Assembly: GCA_022826195.1 (NCBI GenBank)
Contig: JAJDVI010000091.1
Coordinates: 26,483 to 90,482, forward strand
Direction of reading: 5' to 3'
Length of the DNA: 64,000 nt
Source: Acidobacteriota bacterium
GTDB taxonomy: Bacteria; Acidobacteriota; Vicinamibacteria; Marinacidobacterales; Marinacidobacteraceae
In this document: positions 9,074 to 19,288 of the stretch, one piece after another
How the letters are laid out: each line of letters starts with the position of its first letter
How positions within the stretch are numbered: the stretch's first letter is position 1
Translations under genes and position numbers: made by a program
Notes under the pieces: model-generated
What the model was told of the DNA's origin: nothing
Seen by the model: the letters and a program-made list of their open reading frames with translations, nothing else
Databases searched by the model: none

Positions 9074-10549
9074 ATGCCCAGCCACCTCAACAACCCGAAA
9101 CGCCTGGCGGCCGGACTGCTTGCAGCCGGAGTCGCGTTCCTCCTCCTCGGGGGGTTCGCGGCGGCGCAGGAAGAAGAAGCGGAGCCCAAGCCGCCCGAGG
9201 GCCAGACCCATCCCCTCCTCGAGCCGCACGACGTGCTCAACGAGTTCGGGGTGATCAGCTCCAGCGGGCATGACGACGGCGGCTGGGGGCTCGAGCCCGA
9301 GCTGCGGGTACCCGAGCAGTACCAGTACCGGCGCCGGGACCAGCAACTGAAGGAAGTGGACCTCACGGGGAACCAGCTTCCGCCGATCCTCACCGAGATG
9401 CGGGTGCTCAGCAAGGAAGTGGCGCCCGGCGACGAAGTCCGCGCCATTGCGCGAGTCGTCTCCCCCTACAACGAGGCCCAGTCCTTCGTCTCCCTCTTCT
9501 ACAACCGGGAACTCGGCCGCGCGGCCACCATGTACATCAACTTCCAGCCCCACGAGAGTGACGACACCCTCTTCCTCGGCCGCGGCAAGCTGTCCCGCTT
9601 CGCGGCGCCGGGGCGCTACGTGGTGGGAACCACGATCATCGCCGACAAGGTGGGCGACCGGAAGGCGTACTGGGCCGACTTCCACAAGGCGATGCAGGAG
9701 GACGACGGCTCGCCGGTGGGCTTCCAGGTCACCGAGAGCGACACCGTGGACATCACCGCTCCAACGCTGAAGTCCGTCAGCGTGGAGACCGAGCGCGTGC
9801 GGGCCGGCGGCGGCCTGATCAAGTACAGCGTGGTCGCCGAGGACGACGTTTCGGGCGCCACGGAAGCAGAGACGATCTGGGTGTCGCCGAGCGGCTACCA
9901 CCAGATCCGCTCCACCATGGTGATGGTGGGCGGCCAGCCGGGCCTCTTCAAGGGCGTGCTCCAGATTCCCCAGTGGTACGAGGGCGGCGAGTGGCAGCTC
10001 ATGCGCATCACGCTCAAGGACAACGCCACCAACATCCGCTACTACTTCAACCGGACCGAGCCCATGATGGAGGCCGCCACGGTGCAGGTGGACCAGGAGA
10101 AGGAAATGATCGACCAGGTCCCGGCCAAGATCCTCGCGGTGCAGTTCACCAAGAAGCAGGCGAAGCTGGGCGAAAGGGTCGGGCTGACCGTCCTCGCCGA
10201 GGACAACCTCTCCGGCGTCTTCAGCATCGAGGGCTACGTCCGGTCGCCGAACGGCGCCGACGCGCTCAAGGTGAAGCTCAAGAGCATGACCCCCGAGACC
10301 GGCGAGTTCGTGGACGTGAACCGTCCGTCCAAGCTGCCGGAGCCCAACATCTGGACCGGGAACTTCACGGTCACGGACACCATGGAGTGGGGTGAGTGGG
10401 AACTCGTCCGGCTCGGTGTTTCCGACGAAGCCAGAAATTTCTACACCTACTACGAAGACCGGGATTCCGAGATAGACGGGATCACGGTCAACTTCTACAA
10501 TGAAGACACCGAGGCCGCCGAGGAAGGTGGCGAGGAGGGTGCGCGATGA
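9074..10549 (+). CDS. Secreted protein with three tandem ~125-aa beta-sandwich-like repeats
   Basis: Signal peptide ending AAAQ; repeats begin near 9371, 9749 and 10112 (P-x-L...G...AED-x-SG...SPxG...GxW-x-L...D-x-A-x-N). Confidence 0.75.
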   Translation: MPSHLNNPKRLAAGLLAAGVAFLLLGGFAAAQEEEAEPKPPEGQTHPLLEPHDVLNEFGVISSSGHDDGGWGLEPELRVPEQYQYRRRDQQLKEVDLTGNQLPPILTEMRVLSKEVAPGDEVRAIARVVSPYNEAQSFVSLFYNRELGRAATMYINFQPHESDDTLFLGRGKLSRFAAPGRYVVGTTIIADKVGDRKAYWADFHKAMQEDDGSPVGFQVTESDTVDITAPTLKSVSVETERVRAGGGLIKYSVVAEDDVSGATEAETIWVSPSGYHQIRSTMVMVGGQPGLFKGVLQIPQWYEGGEWQLMRITLKDNATNIRYYFNRTEPMMEAATVQVDQEKEMIDQVPAKILAVQFTKKQAKLGERVGLTVLAEDNLSGVFSIEGYVRSPNGADALKVKLKSMTPETGEFVDVNRPSKLPEPNIWTGNFTVTDTMEWGEWELVRLGVSDEARNFYTYYEDRDSEIDGITVNFYNEDTEAAEEGGEEGAR

Positions 10550-11886
10550 CGGCCAAGACCATCGACCGCCGCGATTTCTTCAAACTGGGCGCCGCAGCGA
10601 GCGCCGGGGCGGTGCTTTCCACCCGGAACGCCGCCGGCAGCCCCATCTTCGAGGCGGGGGCCGGGATCCCGCAGGGAGGCATGGTCCTTCCGGCGAACCC
10701 GGGCTTCAAGACGAAGCACCTGGTGACGGTCATCCTGGGCAACGGCGCCCGGAAGATCGACGTCATCGACAACCCGGAGCACTCGCCCTTCCAGACGAAG
10801 ATGGCCGCCGAGGGCACCGTCTTCACCGAGGACTACGGCGAGACCGCGAACCTCCACGGATACATGTACTCCGAGGTGCTGAGCGGTGTGGACGCTCCCG
10901 CGCAGCGGCCCCGCTACCCCACCTGGTCCGAGTACATCCGGAAGAAGGCCGGCGGGACGGCGACCGACTACTGGACTCTCCAGGGCGCGTCCTACTACCG
11001 GGCCTGGACCTGGGATGTGAAGCACTTCAGCCAGCATCCCGAGTACGGCGTGAAGCACGGCTCCACCAGCCTCACCATGAACCGGATCTTCTATCCGGAG
11101 CAGAAGCTCACCGGCGCCCAGATCGCGGATCTGAACGTGGAGAAGGGCCTCGGACACACGCCGAAGGAGCGGAAGCAGGTCGAGGAGTTCATCGACTCCG
11201 TCCTGGCCTCGAAGTCCTACGTCCCGCCCTCCACCCGGGAGCCGGTCATCAACCGGGAGATCCCCTACGGCGACGCCCAGGTGCTGCACCTGGTGCCCCA
11301 GATCCTCAAGGAGTTCAAGCCGAAGTCCATCACCGCGCAGATCCTCGCCCTCGACGACGCGCACGCCGACTTCGGGTTCTGGGACTACAACACGGACTAC
11401 TGGGAGTACATCAAGCACATCAAGACCACCGATGAGCTGATCGGCAACCTGTGGCGCCAGATCCAGGCCGACGCGTACCTCCGGGACACCACCGCGCTGG
11501 TGATCCGTCCCGAGTGCGGCCGCGACGACGAGGTGAACATCTACGGACAGCTCGGGCACAGCCCGGGCAACTACTACGCCCACTACGTGTGGTTCATGGC
11601 GCTCGGGCCCGACTTCAAGAAGGGCCACACCGTGACCGAGCGGGTGCAGCGGCGGGACGTCGTTCCGACGCTGACCTACCTCATGTCCGGTGAGAACGCC
11701 GAGTTCGCCACCGGGCACGTCCGCACCCAGATGTTCAAGGACGAGTACAACCTGCCGAAGTACATCCTTCCGCCGACTGCCGAGGTCAAGGAGCCCGCGG
11801 TCGACTGGGAGAAGATCGTGGAAGAGCGCCGGACGGCCGAGAAGGTCAAGGAGTTCGCGCGTTCGACCGTCGGCTACGGCGACTGA
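10546..11886 (+). CDS. Tat-exported alkaline-phosphatase-superfamily-like metalloprotein
   Basis: DRRDFFK Tat motif; DDAH, D-ELIG-LW, PECGRD, H-WF and DVVPTL follow the AlkP-fold layout. Confidence 0.65.
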   Translation: MTAKTIDRRDFFKLGAAASAGAVLSTRNAAGSPIFEAGAGIPQGGMVLPANPGFKTKHLVTVILGNGARKIDVIDNPEHSPFQTKMAAEGTVFTEDYGETANLHGYMYSEVLSGVDAPAQRPRYPTWSEYIRKKAGGTATDYWTLQGASYYRAWTWDVKHFSQHPEYGVKHGSTSLTMNRIFYPEQKLTGAQIADLNVEKGLGHTPKERKQVEEFIDSVLASKSYVPPSTREPVINREIPYGDAQVLHLVPQILKEFKPKSITAQILALDDAHADFGFWDYNTDYWEYIKHIKTTDELIGNLWRQIQADAYLRDTTALVIRPECGRDDEVNIYGQLGHSPGNYYAHYVWFMALGPDFKKGHTVTERVQRRDVVPTLTYLMSGENAEFATGHVRTQMFKDEYNLPKYILPPTAEVKEPAVDWEKIVEERRTAEKVKEFARSTVGYGD

Positions 11887-11932
11887 CGAGGGCTCGGGAG
11901 TCCCGACCAACAAAACAAGGAGATCATCGAAA

Positions 11933-12202
11933 ATGGACGACCTGAACCGTCGCGCATTCCTCAGGAGGGCCGGCTTCGCCTTCGCCGGCGCGGTGGGCGC
12001 CGCCTCGTTCGCGGCCGCCCAGCAGCAGGAAGAGGAGAAGAAGGAAGACGAGGAGACCCAGGAAGAGATCGACTACGACGCTCTCTTCGCGGAGGACAGC
12101 GGGGACGAAGACACCCGCGCCTGCCCGCAGTGCGGGGCCCTCATGTACCGGCAGGGCCGCACCTGGACCTGCGAGAACTGCGGCTACAGCTACGTCGAGT
12201 AG
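11933..12202 (+). CDS. Small Tat-exported acidic protein with C-terminal CxxC-x13-CxxC ribbon (89 aa)
   Basis: AAGGAG SD; NRRAFL Tat motif; CPQC...CENC. Confidence 0.8.
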   Translation: MDDLNRRAFLRRAGFAFAGAVGAASFAAAQQQEEEKKEDEETQEEIDYDALFAEDSGDEDTRACPQCGALMYRQGRTWTCENCGYSYVE

Positions 12203-12320
12203 TTCTTCTAGTTCTTCCTGAACCGGCGCCGCCGGGGCCGCTCCTCCGGAGCCTCCGGCGGCCGTCTCATTGGCCCGTTGCCGCGACCGTGGCAGCGGGT
12301 TTCTTGCGTGATCGGATGGA

Positions 12321-13052
12321 TCAGCCCGGCGGCGGGATGATCAGGTGCCCGAAGACGATGAAGAAGAAGCACACGGTGCTCAACATCGCGTACTCGGCGC
12401 TCGCCCGGCGATAGGTCCAGAAGCGGAACCCGGCCGCGGGAGTCCGGCCCTCCAGCACCGCCCGGGTGTAGCAGATTCGCTGCGCGGCGATCAGGTTCCC
12501 GAAGATCGCGACCACGATCAGCGCCGCGTGGACGTTTCCGGCGACCAGCCCGACGACGAGGGCAACCGAGCGTTCCGGACGCTCGAGGAAGCCCACCTCG
12601 CAGGCGGGAATCAGTTTCTCGGCCCGGGAACGGGCGTATGAGGTAGCGACCGTCCCGGCGGTGGCGAGACACCAGACCCCGAGCCAGACGTTCCGTTCGG
12701 GTGTCTCGGTGTTGGCCAGGAAATAGAACAGCAGGCCGAACAGGACCAGCATGTCCGAATAGCGGTCCATCACGGAATCGAGATACGCCCCGAACTGCGT
12801 CACCTCGCGGGAGGCGCGGGCGACGGCTCCGTCGAGGCAGTCGAAGGTGATCGCCAGCAGAACCACCCAGCCGGCCGTCCACTGGTCCCCTTCGAGCAGC
12901 GGCCAGAAGACGAGCGCCATGACGAGCGGGCCCGAGAGCGTCAGGGCGTTCGGGGGAACGCGCGCCCATATGATCCCGCGCGCGATGCCGTCCCGGATCC
13001 ATTCGAGTACGACCTCCCAGAAACGGCCCAGTCGGGAGAAGAGCTTCTTCAT
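12321..13052 (-). CDS. CDP-alcohol phosphatidyltransferase (PIP-synthase/PgsA-like)
   Basis: PNALT; DCLDGAVAR...GAYLDSVMDRYSD signature; SYARSRAE and ERPER. Confidence 0.9.
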   Translation of the reverse strand: MKKLFSRLGRFWEVVLEWIRDGIARGIIWARVPPNALTLSGPLVMALVFWPLLEGDQWTAGWVVLLAITFDCLDGAVARASREVTQFGAYLDSVMDRYSDMLVLFGLLFYFLANTETPERNVWLGVWCLATAGTVATSYARSRAEKLIPACEVGFLERPERSVALVVGLVAGNVHAALIVVAIFGNLIAAQRICYTRAVLEGRTPAAGFRFWTYRRASAEYAMLSTVCFFFIVFGHLIIPPPG

Positions 13053-13241
13053 GGGGCCTCGGCAGGGAACGCGGTCCGGCGCAGAAGAGGCTCGGGGCGT
13101 GGCGAGGGGGCCGGGACGGGCGCCTGCGGAGAGGATTCGGTCAAGGGCGCTCGGACGGAACGGCGGCGGACGTCTCGCCCCGCCGCGCCGCGAGACCCGT
13201 AGCATATTCGCGTTCCGCCGCATGTTCGGAGCCGCAATCGC

Positions 13242-14189
13242 ATGAGCGGTCTTCCGCTGGTGATCGCCAACCCGCAGGCCGGGGGCGGAACCAGCCGGGA
13301 CCGCTGGTGGGCCGCTTCGGAGCCGGTCACCGAGCGGCTTGGTCCGCACGACCTGGTCTGGACCGAGGCTCCGGGTCACGCGGAACGGATCGCCCGGGCG
13401 GAAGGAGGTGCGCGTCCCCTCCTGGTCGCCTACGGCGGCGACGGAACCGCGTCCGAGGTCGCCCGGGGCCTTGTCCTCTCGAGAGGAACCGCCGAGCTGG
13501 GGCTTCTCCCCAGCGGAACGGGCAACGACTTCGCCGCTGCTTCAGGAGTCCCGGCCCGCCTTCCGGAAGCGGCGCGGTTCCTGAGCCGAACTCCGGCCCG
13601 GGCCACCGACCTCGGCCATGTCGAGGACGCCGCCGGAGCGACCCGATTCTTCCTGAACAGTTTCTCGCTGGGTCTGGCGGCCGCGGTCGCCGAGCGAGCT
13701 GCTGCCGGGGGCGGCCTGGGCCGGGCGACCTACGCGGCGGCGGCGGCGCGTGAGGTCGTCGCGTTTCGGCCGGTGCCGCTCCGCGTGGGTCTGAACGAGA
13801 AGCCCGCGAGGCCGCGAACGCTCCTGAACCTCACCGTCCTCAACTCGCGCCGGTTTGGCGCCGGGATTCCGCTCGCCCCGGCCGCCGATCCCGGCGACGG
13901 CGAGCTGGACGCGGTCCTGATCGGGCCCCTTGGCCCCGTGGCGCTGATGGACGCCGTCTTCCGGCTGACCCGGGAGGCGCATTTCGGACGGCGCGAGATC
14001 GAGCACCACCGCGTCACGCGCATGGCCGTCGGCTCGCTGCCCGGCGCGGGCGGCGCACCGGAACTGCTCTCCGAGGTCGATGGGGACGTCATCCGCTGGG
14101 GGGAGGCGCTGACGGTCTCGGTGGCGCCGCGCGCAGTCCGGATCAGGAGAGCCGGGACGCGTACGCCCGACCACGATCCCGGCGCGTGA
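13242..14189 (+). CDS. Diacylglycerol/lipid kinase family protein (YegS/DagK-like)
   Basis: NPQAG, GGDGT, PSGTGNDFA, DGELD and DGD. Confidence 0.88.
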   Translation: MSGLPLVIANPQAGGGTSRDRWWAASEPVTERLGPHDLVWTEAPGHAERIARAEGGARPLLVAYGGDGTASEVARGLVLSRGTAELGLLPSGTGNDFAAASGVPARLPEAARFLSRTPARATDLGHVEDAAGATRFFLNSFSLGLAAAVAERAAAGGGLGRATYAAAAAREVVAFRPVPLRVGLNEKPARPRTLLNLTVLNSRRFGAGIPLAPAADPGDGELDAVLIGPLGPVALMDAVFRLTREAHFGRREIEHHRVTRMAVGSLPGAGGAPELLSEVDGDVIRWGEALTVSVAPRAVRIRRAGTRTPDHDPGA

Positions 14190-14329
14190 ACAGGGTCGGC
14201 CAAGCGCCGCGAGAACGCCGCCGGCTTGGAGCCCCCACCGGGAGAAACCGTCATGATCGGTCCTCCTGCACACCGCGCCGGGCATGAAAGTGCGGGTGGG
14301 GGTACTGAGGCCCAGGGAGGCCGGGACCG

Positions 14330-14526
14330 CTTGGAACGCCGGCTTCAGCCGGCACAGCGGGCCGCAGGCCCGCGGGCGACGTGTCGCCAACTGCCCTGGG
14401 CGACGCAGCTCCGGGAACGTCCCGTCTGCCCGGTGACGCCGAGAGAAGAGCCACCTGGGACGGCTCGGCGTTGCGCAGTGCGCGGTGCTCCGCACCGCGC
14501 GTGCCGGCTGAAGCCGGCGTTCCAAG
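14330..14526. repeat. 197-bp REP-doublet or MITE-like element with perfect 26-bp terminal inverted repeats
   Basis: CTTGGAACGCCGGCTTCAGCCGGCAC (14330-14355) and its exact reverse complement (14501-14526); each arm is itself a hairpin. Confidence 0.85.
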
Positions 14527-14592
14527 AGCCCGGCGCGGTCCGGATCAGGAGGAAAGAGGCGCGCCCACCCGGCCGCGCTCCCGACGCCTGAA

Positions 14593-16521
14593 TCACGAAC
14601 CCGCCCCGGCTCCCAGCTCCTCCACCGCTCCCAGCGCGAAGAGCGGCGCCCAGCTCTGGAAGCGCTGGCCACCCCCTTCGCCGGTGCGGGCGTCGAAGTT
14701 CTCGCGGCACGCGCCCGTCCGCGACCGGTCGGCGAGGAACATCTCCGCGCCCTTCCCGGCGAGTTCGGCGGCGAGGGCGGTGAAGCCGTAGCGGCGGAGT
14801 CCCTGCAGTACCAGGTAGTTCATCGGCGGCCAGATCGAGCCGCGCCAGTACTGCTGGTCCGGAAAGGCGGGATCGTCGCGGGAGATGGTGGGCAGCACCC
14901 AGTCGCCCCAGAACCGGGCCGGGTCGCGGAGGGTTTCGATCATGCGGGCGGCCTGCCGCGCGTCGGGAACCCCCGCGGCGAGCGGCAGGAAGTTCGAGGC
15001 GGCCACGCGATCGGAGGGCCCGGACGGCAGCTCGTCGAGGTAGAGCCCGGCCGCTTCCGACCAGAGCACCCGGTTCATCGTCGCGGCCAGCCGGCGATAC
15101 TCGGCCGTCAGCCGCTCCGCCGTGGCCACCTCGCCGAGAACCCGCGCGATCCGGGACAGGCTCTCCAGATCCAGCGCGCGGTAACTGCAAAGGTCCACGG
15201 CCGACACGGCGAGGGTCTGCCGCCGGGGATCCCACTCGGCCTCGTCCCAGAGCGGCAGGTCGTCCTGGCCCGATTCCCAGGCGGCGCGCTGGTGGCCGGA
15301 CGCGCCCTCTTCCCACGGGGGCACCCTGCCGGGGCCGGGCACGAGGTCGGTGTCGGAACCCCAGGCGAGCAGTCCGGGGGTCAGCCCCTCCCGGCGCGGC
15401 CGTCCGTTCCGGTCCGCGACCCACCAGTCGGCCCAGGCGAGGAGGGCCGGGTAGGCGGCCGCCAGCGCCTTCGGGTCGGGGTGCGCGCGGTAGAGGCGCA
15501 ACGCGGCGAACGAACCGACCGGCGGCTGCGAGCGATCGGGGGTGCCCCCGCGTCGGCTCCGCCAGTTGGGAATGTTCCCGTTCGGGTACTGCGTTCCGGT
15601 TCCCGCGAGCAGCGTAGACCAGGCGAGGTCTCCTGACACGGTCGCGAGCAGCAGGGCGTTGAAGAACGTGTCCCAACCGAAAATGGTCCAGTCGTCGGTT
15701 TCCGGCGCGCTGGACCCGGCGCTTTCCGGGGCCGGGAAGATCCACCGGCGGCCGGCGGGGGTGTACAGCCTGCCGGTTTCCGGCTGCATCAGCACCGTCC
15801 ACATCAGGTTGTCGGCGATGCTCTCCGCCAGATCGGGGTGGCCCGGCACCCGGGGGCGCCGCCGCTCCCAGGCCGCGCGGGCCTCGTCGACCCAGGCGTC
15901 GGCTTCGCCGAGCAGGCGGCGGGGCTCCTTCCCGCCCCACGCGGTGACCATCGCCACCTGCGCGGCGGCCCCGCCCCCGGCTTCGAGGCGCCAGGCCACC
16001 TCGCGGCCGGAGGCTTCCGGGGCCGATTGCTGCCTGGTCCCGCCCGCAAAGGCGGCCAGGATCTCGAGGTCCTCCCCGCCCTCCCCGCGCGGCACCCGGG
16101 CACGCCAGGACGGGGATTCCGTCCCCGCTTCCTCCCATCGCTCCTCCCATCCCCACGGGGCGTCCCCAATCAACTCGAGACAACCCGCCGCCTCCACCCT
16201 GACGCGCAGGGCCACCGCGTCGTCCCGGCGCGACCACTCCAGGACGAGGCGTCCGGCCGGCGTCCGGGATCCTGATTCCGCAGCACCACCCCCGGCATCC
16301 GCTCCCGGCGGCGGCTCCGAATCCACGACAAACTCGACGCGCGCGTAGGAGAAGTCCGGCGCGTGGGGACCGACCCGGGAAACCATCCCGTACCAGTCAT
16401 CCCACTCCCGGCGTTCACCGGCCGGAGTGACGAAGGCGAGGCGGATCCCCACGCCGTGGCCCGGCCCGGGGGAAAAGACCAGGCCCGCCCAGCGGCGGGC
16501 CTCGAGGGCGCCGACCTGCAT
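14593..16521 (-). CDS. (alpha/alpha)6-barrel glycoside hydrolase, GH63/MGH1-like
   Basis: FGWDTFF, SQPP, WESGQDD, YWRGSIWPP and REN motifs. Confidence 0.8.
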   Translation of the reverse strand: MQVGALEARRWAGLVFSPGPGHGVGIRLAFVTPAGERREWDDWYGMVSRVGPHAPDFSYARVEFVVDSEPPPGADAGGGAAESGSRTPAGRLVLEWSRRDDAVALRVRVEAAGCLELIGDAPWGWEERWEEAGTESPSWRARVPRGEGGEDLEILAAFAGGTRQQSAPEASGREVAWRLEAGGGAAAQVAMVTAWGGKEPRRLLGEADAWVDEARAAWERRRPRVPGHPDLAESIADNLMWTVLMQPETGRLYTPAGRRWIFPAPESAGSSAPETDDWTIFGWDTFFNALLLATVSGDLAWSTLLAGTGTQYPNGNIPNWRSRRGGTPDRSQPPVGSFAALRLYRAHPDPKALAAAYPALLAWADWWVADRNGRPRREGLTPGLLAWGSDTDLVPGPGRVPPWEEGASGHQRAAWESGQDDLPLWDEAEWDPRRQTLAVSAVDLCSYRALDLESLSRIARVLGEVATAERLTAEYRRLAATMNRVLWSEAAGLYLDELPSGPSDRVAASNFLPLAAGVPDARQAARMIETLRDPARFWGDWVLPTISRDDPAFPDQQYWRGSIWPPMNYLVLQGLRRYGFTALAAELAGKGAEMFLADRSRTGACRENFDARTGEGGGQRFQSWAPLFALGAVEELGAGAGS

Positions 16522-16541
16522 CCCGACGCGTTCGTCGCTGG

Positions 16542-19259
16542 CTAGCCGATCGGCGTCAACCGCATCGTGGCCGTGCGGCGTCCGCTCCCCGGCGCGAAGC
16601 GGACCCGGAAGCTGCCGCCACCCGTCTCGCCACGACGAGCCCGTCCGGGGCCGGCGTCGGCCTGGGCCGGAGCCGGCTCCACGCCAGCGTCCCCCTCCAC
16701 GATCGCCGCCGCCACCGGGACACCGAGGAGATCCACCAGGTACTCGTGACCGGCGGAACCCTCCGTGACGAGCGTCCAGCCGTCCGCCTCCGAGCGCAGG
16801 TCGATGATCCGCAACCCCGTGCTGCGCTGGCCCGGCTCAAGATCGATCCGGGGCGGCGCCACCGCCAGTCCTCCCTTCCAGGTCACGGTGATCTCCGCGG
16901 GCCGGCCTCCGGTCACCCGGATTGCCCTGGACGGACGCGTCGTGCCCGGCGCGGGACCAGCCGCTTCCGCCCCTACCCAGTCGCCTCCGGTCATCGTCAC
17001 GAGCACGTCCGCGGCACCCGCCGGGGCATCGGGGAGGAACTCGATGGCCGCCGGGGGGCCTTCGCTCGTGATCCGAATCAGGCGCTCCCCGCCCTCCGGG
17101 CCCGGACCGCCGCGGATCTCCACGTCGATCGTCGTCTCGCCCACCCGCAGGCCGCGCACCGCCGCCTCCCGCCAGTCGGCCGGCAACTGGGGCGCGAGGC
17201 GCGCGCTCCCGTTCGGAGCGTCGGGGTCCCAGCCGAACACGCCGCGCAGCAGGGGAGTCACCAGCATCGAACTGGCGAAGAACTGGTGCGGCACCGTCTG
17301 GTCGAGCGGCTGGTAGAAGGTGCCCGAGAAGAGCTCGCCATGACGGCCCAGGCTCCAGTCGTAGGTCATCTGTTTGACCGCATCCATCAGGTGAAAGCCC
17401 GCCCACGGACGCCGGTAGCGGTACTGGGCCCAGGACGCGTAGCCGGTCACGAACGGCCAGACGGTCCCCATGTTGTACTGGAGGGGGTCGTACAGGTCGC
17501 TCTCCGTCGACAGCATGTGCGCGCCCCAGTCGGACGACAGGCGGTCGCCCGCCATCCGGGTCAGCGTCCCGAGGGCGCGCTCTTCGTCGAGCAGGCCGAA
17601 CGCGGCGGCCGTGGCCGGCCAGACCGTCAGGTTGTCGTTGGTGCTGCCGTCCGTGAGGATGCCGAAGGCGTGGTGACCCTCCTCGGCCCGCCAGTAGGCG
17701 CCATTGAGGGTCGCGCGGGCGACCGGGGCGATCCGCGCGGCCTGCTCGGCCACCACCGGGTCCCCCAGCCGCTCCGCCATCGCCAGCGCGCCCTCCAGCG
17801 CCGCGACCCAGACTCCGGCCAGGTAGATGTCCTGGTGGATCGCCGCCCCCAGCCCCCCCACCTCGACGGCCCCCAGGCCCCCGGCGGTGTTCTCGATGAT
17901 GCCGTCACCGTCGGTTTCGGCGCTCAGGCACCACTCGAAGGCTCGCCGGTATGCCGGCCAGAGTTCCTCGAGCAACCCGTCATCGCCGCTCGCCCGCCAG
18001 TACTGGTGGAGCGCCAGCATCCAGTAGGGAGTCGTGTCGGCGTGGTAGTAGGCGTAGGGATAGGCCTCGAACCAGTCGATGTGCGCCGCGCCCTGCGAGA
18101 TCTCGTGGGTGATCTTGCCGTCGTCGCGCTGGTAGCGGGCCAGGAAGCGGAGTTCCTCGGCGACCAGCTCCCACTGGCCGAGGGCGTCCATGGCGAAGGT
18201 GTTCATCATCGCGTCGCCGCCGAAGAACCACCCGAATCCCGGGCGGGCGCCGCTGCCGGAGAGTCCCCAGCCCGCGACCAGGCCGCAACCCAGATCGGGG
18301 TTGCAGACGCGCTGCTCCTCGAGGTTGATCTTCGCCCACTCCAGCGCAAGGTCCAGGGAAGGGTCGGGGGTCTCGATGGACGCGGTGGCGGCCATTGCCG
18401 CGTCGGCCCAGGTCCGCGTGCCCCGGTAGAGCCGCTCGGCGTCCGCGATCAGGCGGGCGTAGTGGGCGAAGACCGTGTCGCGCGGCGCGCTTCCCGCGGC
18501 GATGGCGATGGGAATGAACTCGCGCCGGGCCCGCTCCGGATCGACCGGGATGACCATCGTTCGGGGCGATTCGCCGAGCTGGTGCGCCGGGTGCTCCACC
18601 GAGTTCGTCGCCCAGGGCGAACCGACGACCGCGTTGTGCCGCTCCCGGCTCTCGGAGAGGACGAAGACGCGCCTCCCCCCGTCCCAGAAGGCGTACTGCC
18701 CCCCCAGCGACGCCGGCCACATGAAGTCGAGGACGGGATGGAACTCGGCGACGATCTCGAGCGGGTCCGGGCTGTCCACCTCGAGCAGTACGAGGATGCC
18801 CGGGGTATCGGTCTCCCGGGGGGCGAGGATGTGCTGGCGCACCTGGAAGGCCGCGTGGCTGTAGGTGATCGTGGTCAGCTCCGGCCGCACCTGGACGGTG
18901 CGGGCGACCCGCTCGCCCGGAATGGGGGCGCCGTAGCGGGGTGTTGCGAAGGAGAGCCGGAACCGGCGTCCGACCTTGAGCGGATGGACCCACAGTTCGG
19001 CTTCGCCGGTCTCCACCCCCAGCCACGCCGCGCGCGGGCCGGTAACGCCGAGGTACTCGCCCGGCCGCACGGGGCCGGCGAGTTCGACGGGCGAAGTCGC
19101 GATGGGGAAGCGCGGGACCGACAGCGCGGCCAGATCGCCCGACGGGGGATCGGGGACACGCTGGGGGTGGGCCGGCGCGGCGAAGAGTCCCGCGAGCGCG
19201 ATCACCGCGAAGGCGGTCGCGGCGCGGCGCGCCCGCGGCTCGGTCTTCCGGATGCTCAT
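16542..19259 (-). CDS. Secreted amylo-alpha-1,6-glucosidase/GDE-like glycoside hydrolase
   Basis: Signal peptide after ATG at 19259; WFFGGD, YQRDDGKITHE, ADTTP and YNMGTVWPF. Confidence 0.8.
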   Translation of the reverse strand: MSIRKTEPRARRAATAFAVIALAGLFAAPAHPQRVPDPPSGDLAALSVPRFPIATSPVELAGPVRPGEYLGVTGPRAAWLGVETGEAELWVHPLKVGRRFRLSFATPRYGAPIPGERVARTVQVRPELTTITYSHAAFQVRQHILAPRETDTPGILVLLEVDSPDPLEIVAEFHPVLDFMWPASLGGQYAFWDGGRRVFVLSESRERHNAVVGSPWATNSVEHPAHQLGESPRTMVIPVDPERARREFIPIAIAAGSAPRDTVFAHYARLIADAERLYRGTRTWADAAMAATASIETPDPSLDLALEWAKINLEEQRVCNPDLGCGLVAGWGLSGSGARPGFGWFFGGDAMMNTFAMDALGQWELVAEELRFLARYQRDDGKITHEISQGAAHIDWFEAYPYAYYHADTTPYWMLALHQYWRASGDDGLLEELWPAYRRAFEWCLSAETDGDGIIENTAGGLGAVEVGGLGAAIHQDIYLAGVWVAALEGALAMAERLGDPVVAEQAARIAPVARATLNGAYWRAEEGHHAFGILTDGSTNDNLTVWPATAAAFGLLDEERALGTLTRMAGDRLSSDWGAHMLSTESDLYDPLQYNMGTVWPFVTGYASWAQYRYRRPWAGFHLMDAVKQMTYDWSLGRHGELFSGTFYQPLDQTVPHQFFASSMLVTPLLRGVFGWDPDAPNGSARLAPQLPADWREAAVRGLRVGETTIDVEIRGGPGPEGGERLIRITSEGPPAAIEFLPDAPAGAADVLVTMTGGDWVGAEAAGPAPGTTRPSRAIRVTGGRPAEITVTWKGGLAVAPPRIDLEPGQRSTGLRIIDLRSEADGWTLVTEGSAGHEYLVDLLGVPVAAAIVEGDAGVEPAPAQADAGPGRARRGETGGGSFRVRFAPGSGRRTATMRLTPIG

Positions 19260-19288
19260 CGCGCTCACGTCACTGTATCCACTGGTCG

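Noticed and set aside
12200-12260. Short direct repeats (TAGTTCTTC twice; GCTCCTCCGGAGCCTCCGG)
   Set aside because: Too short and low in complexity to support a function beyond a possible terminator region between convergent genes.
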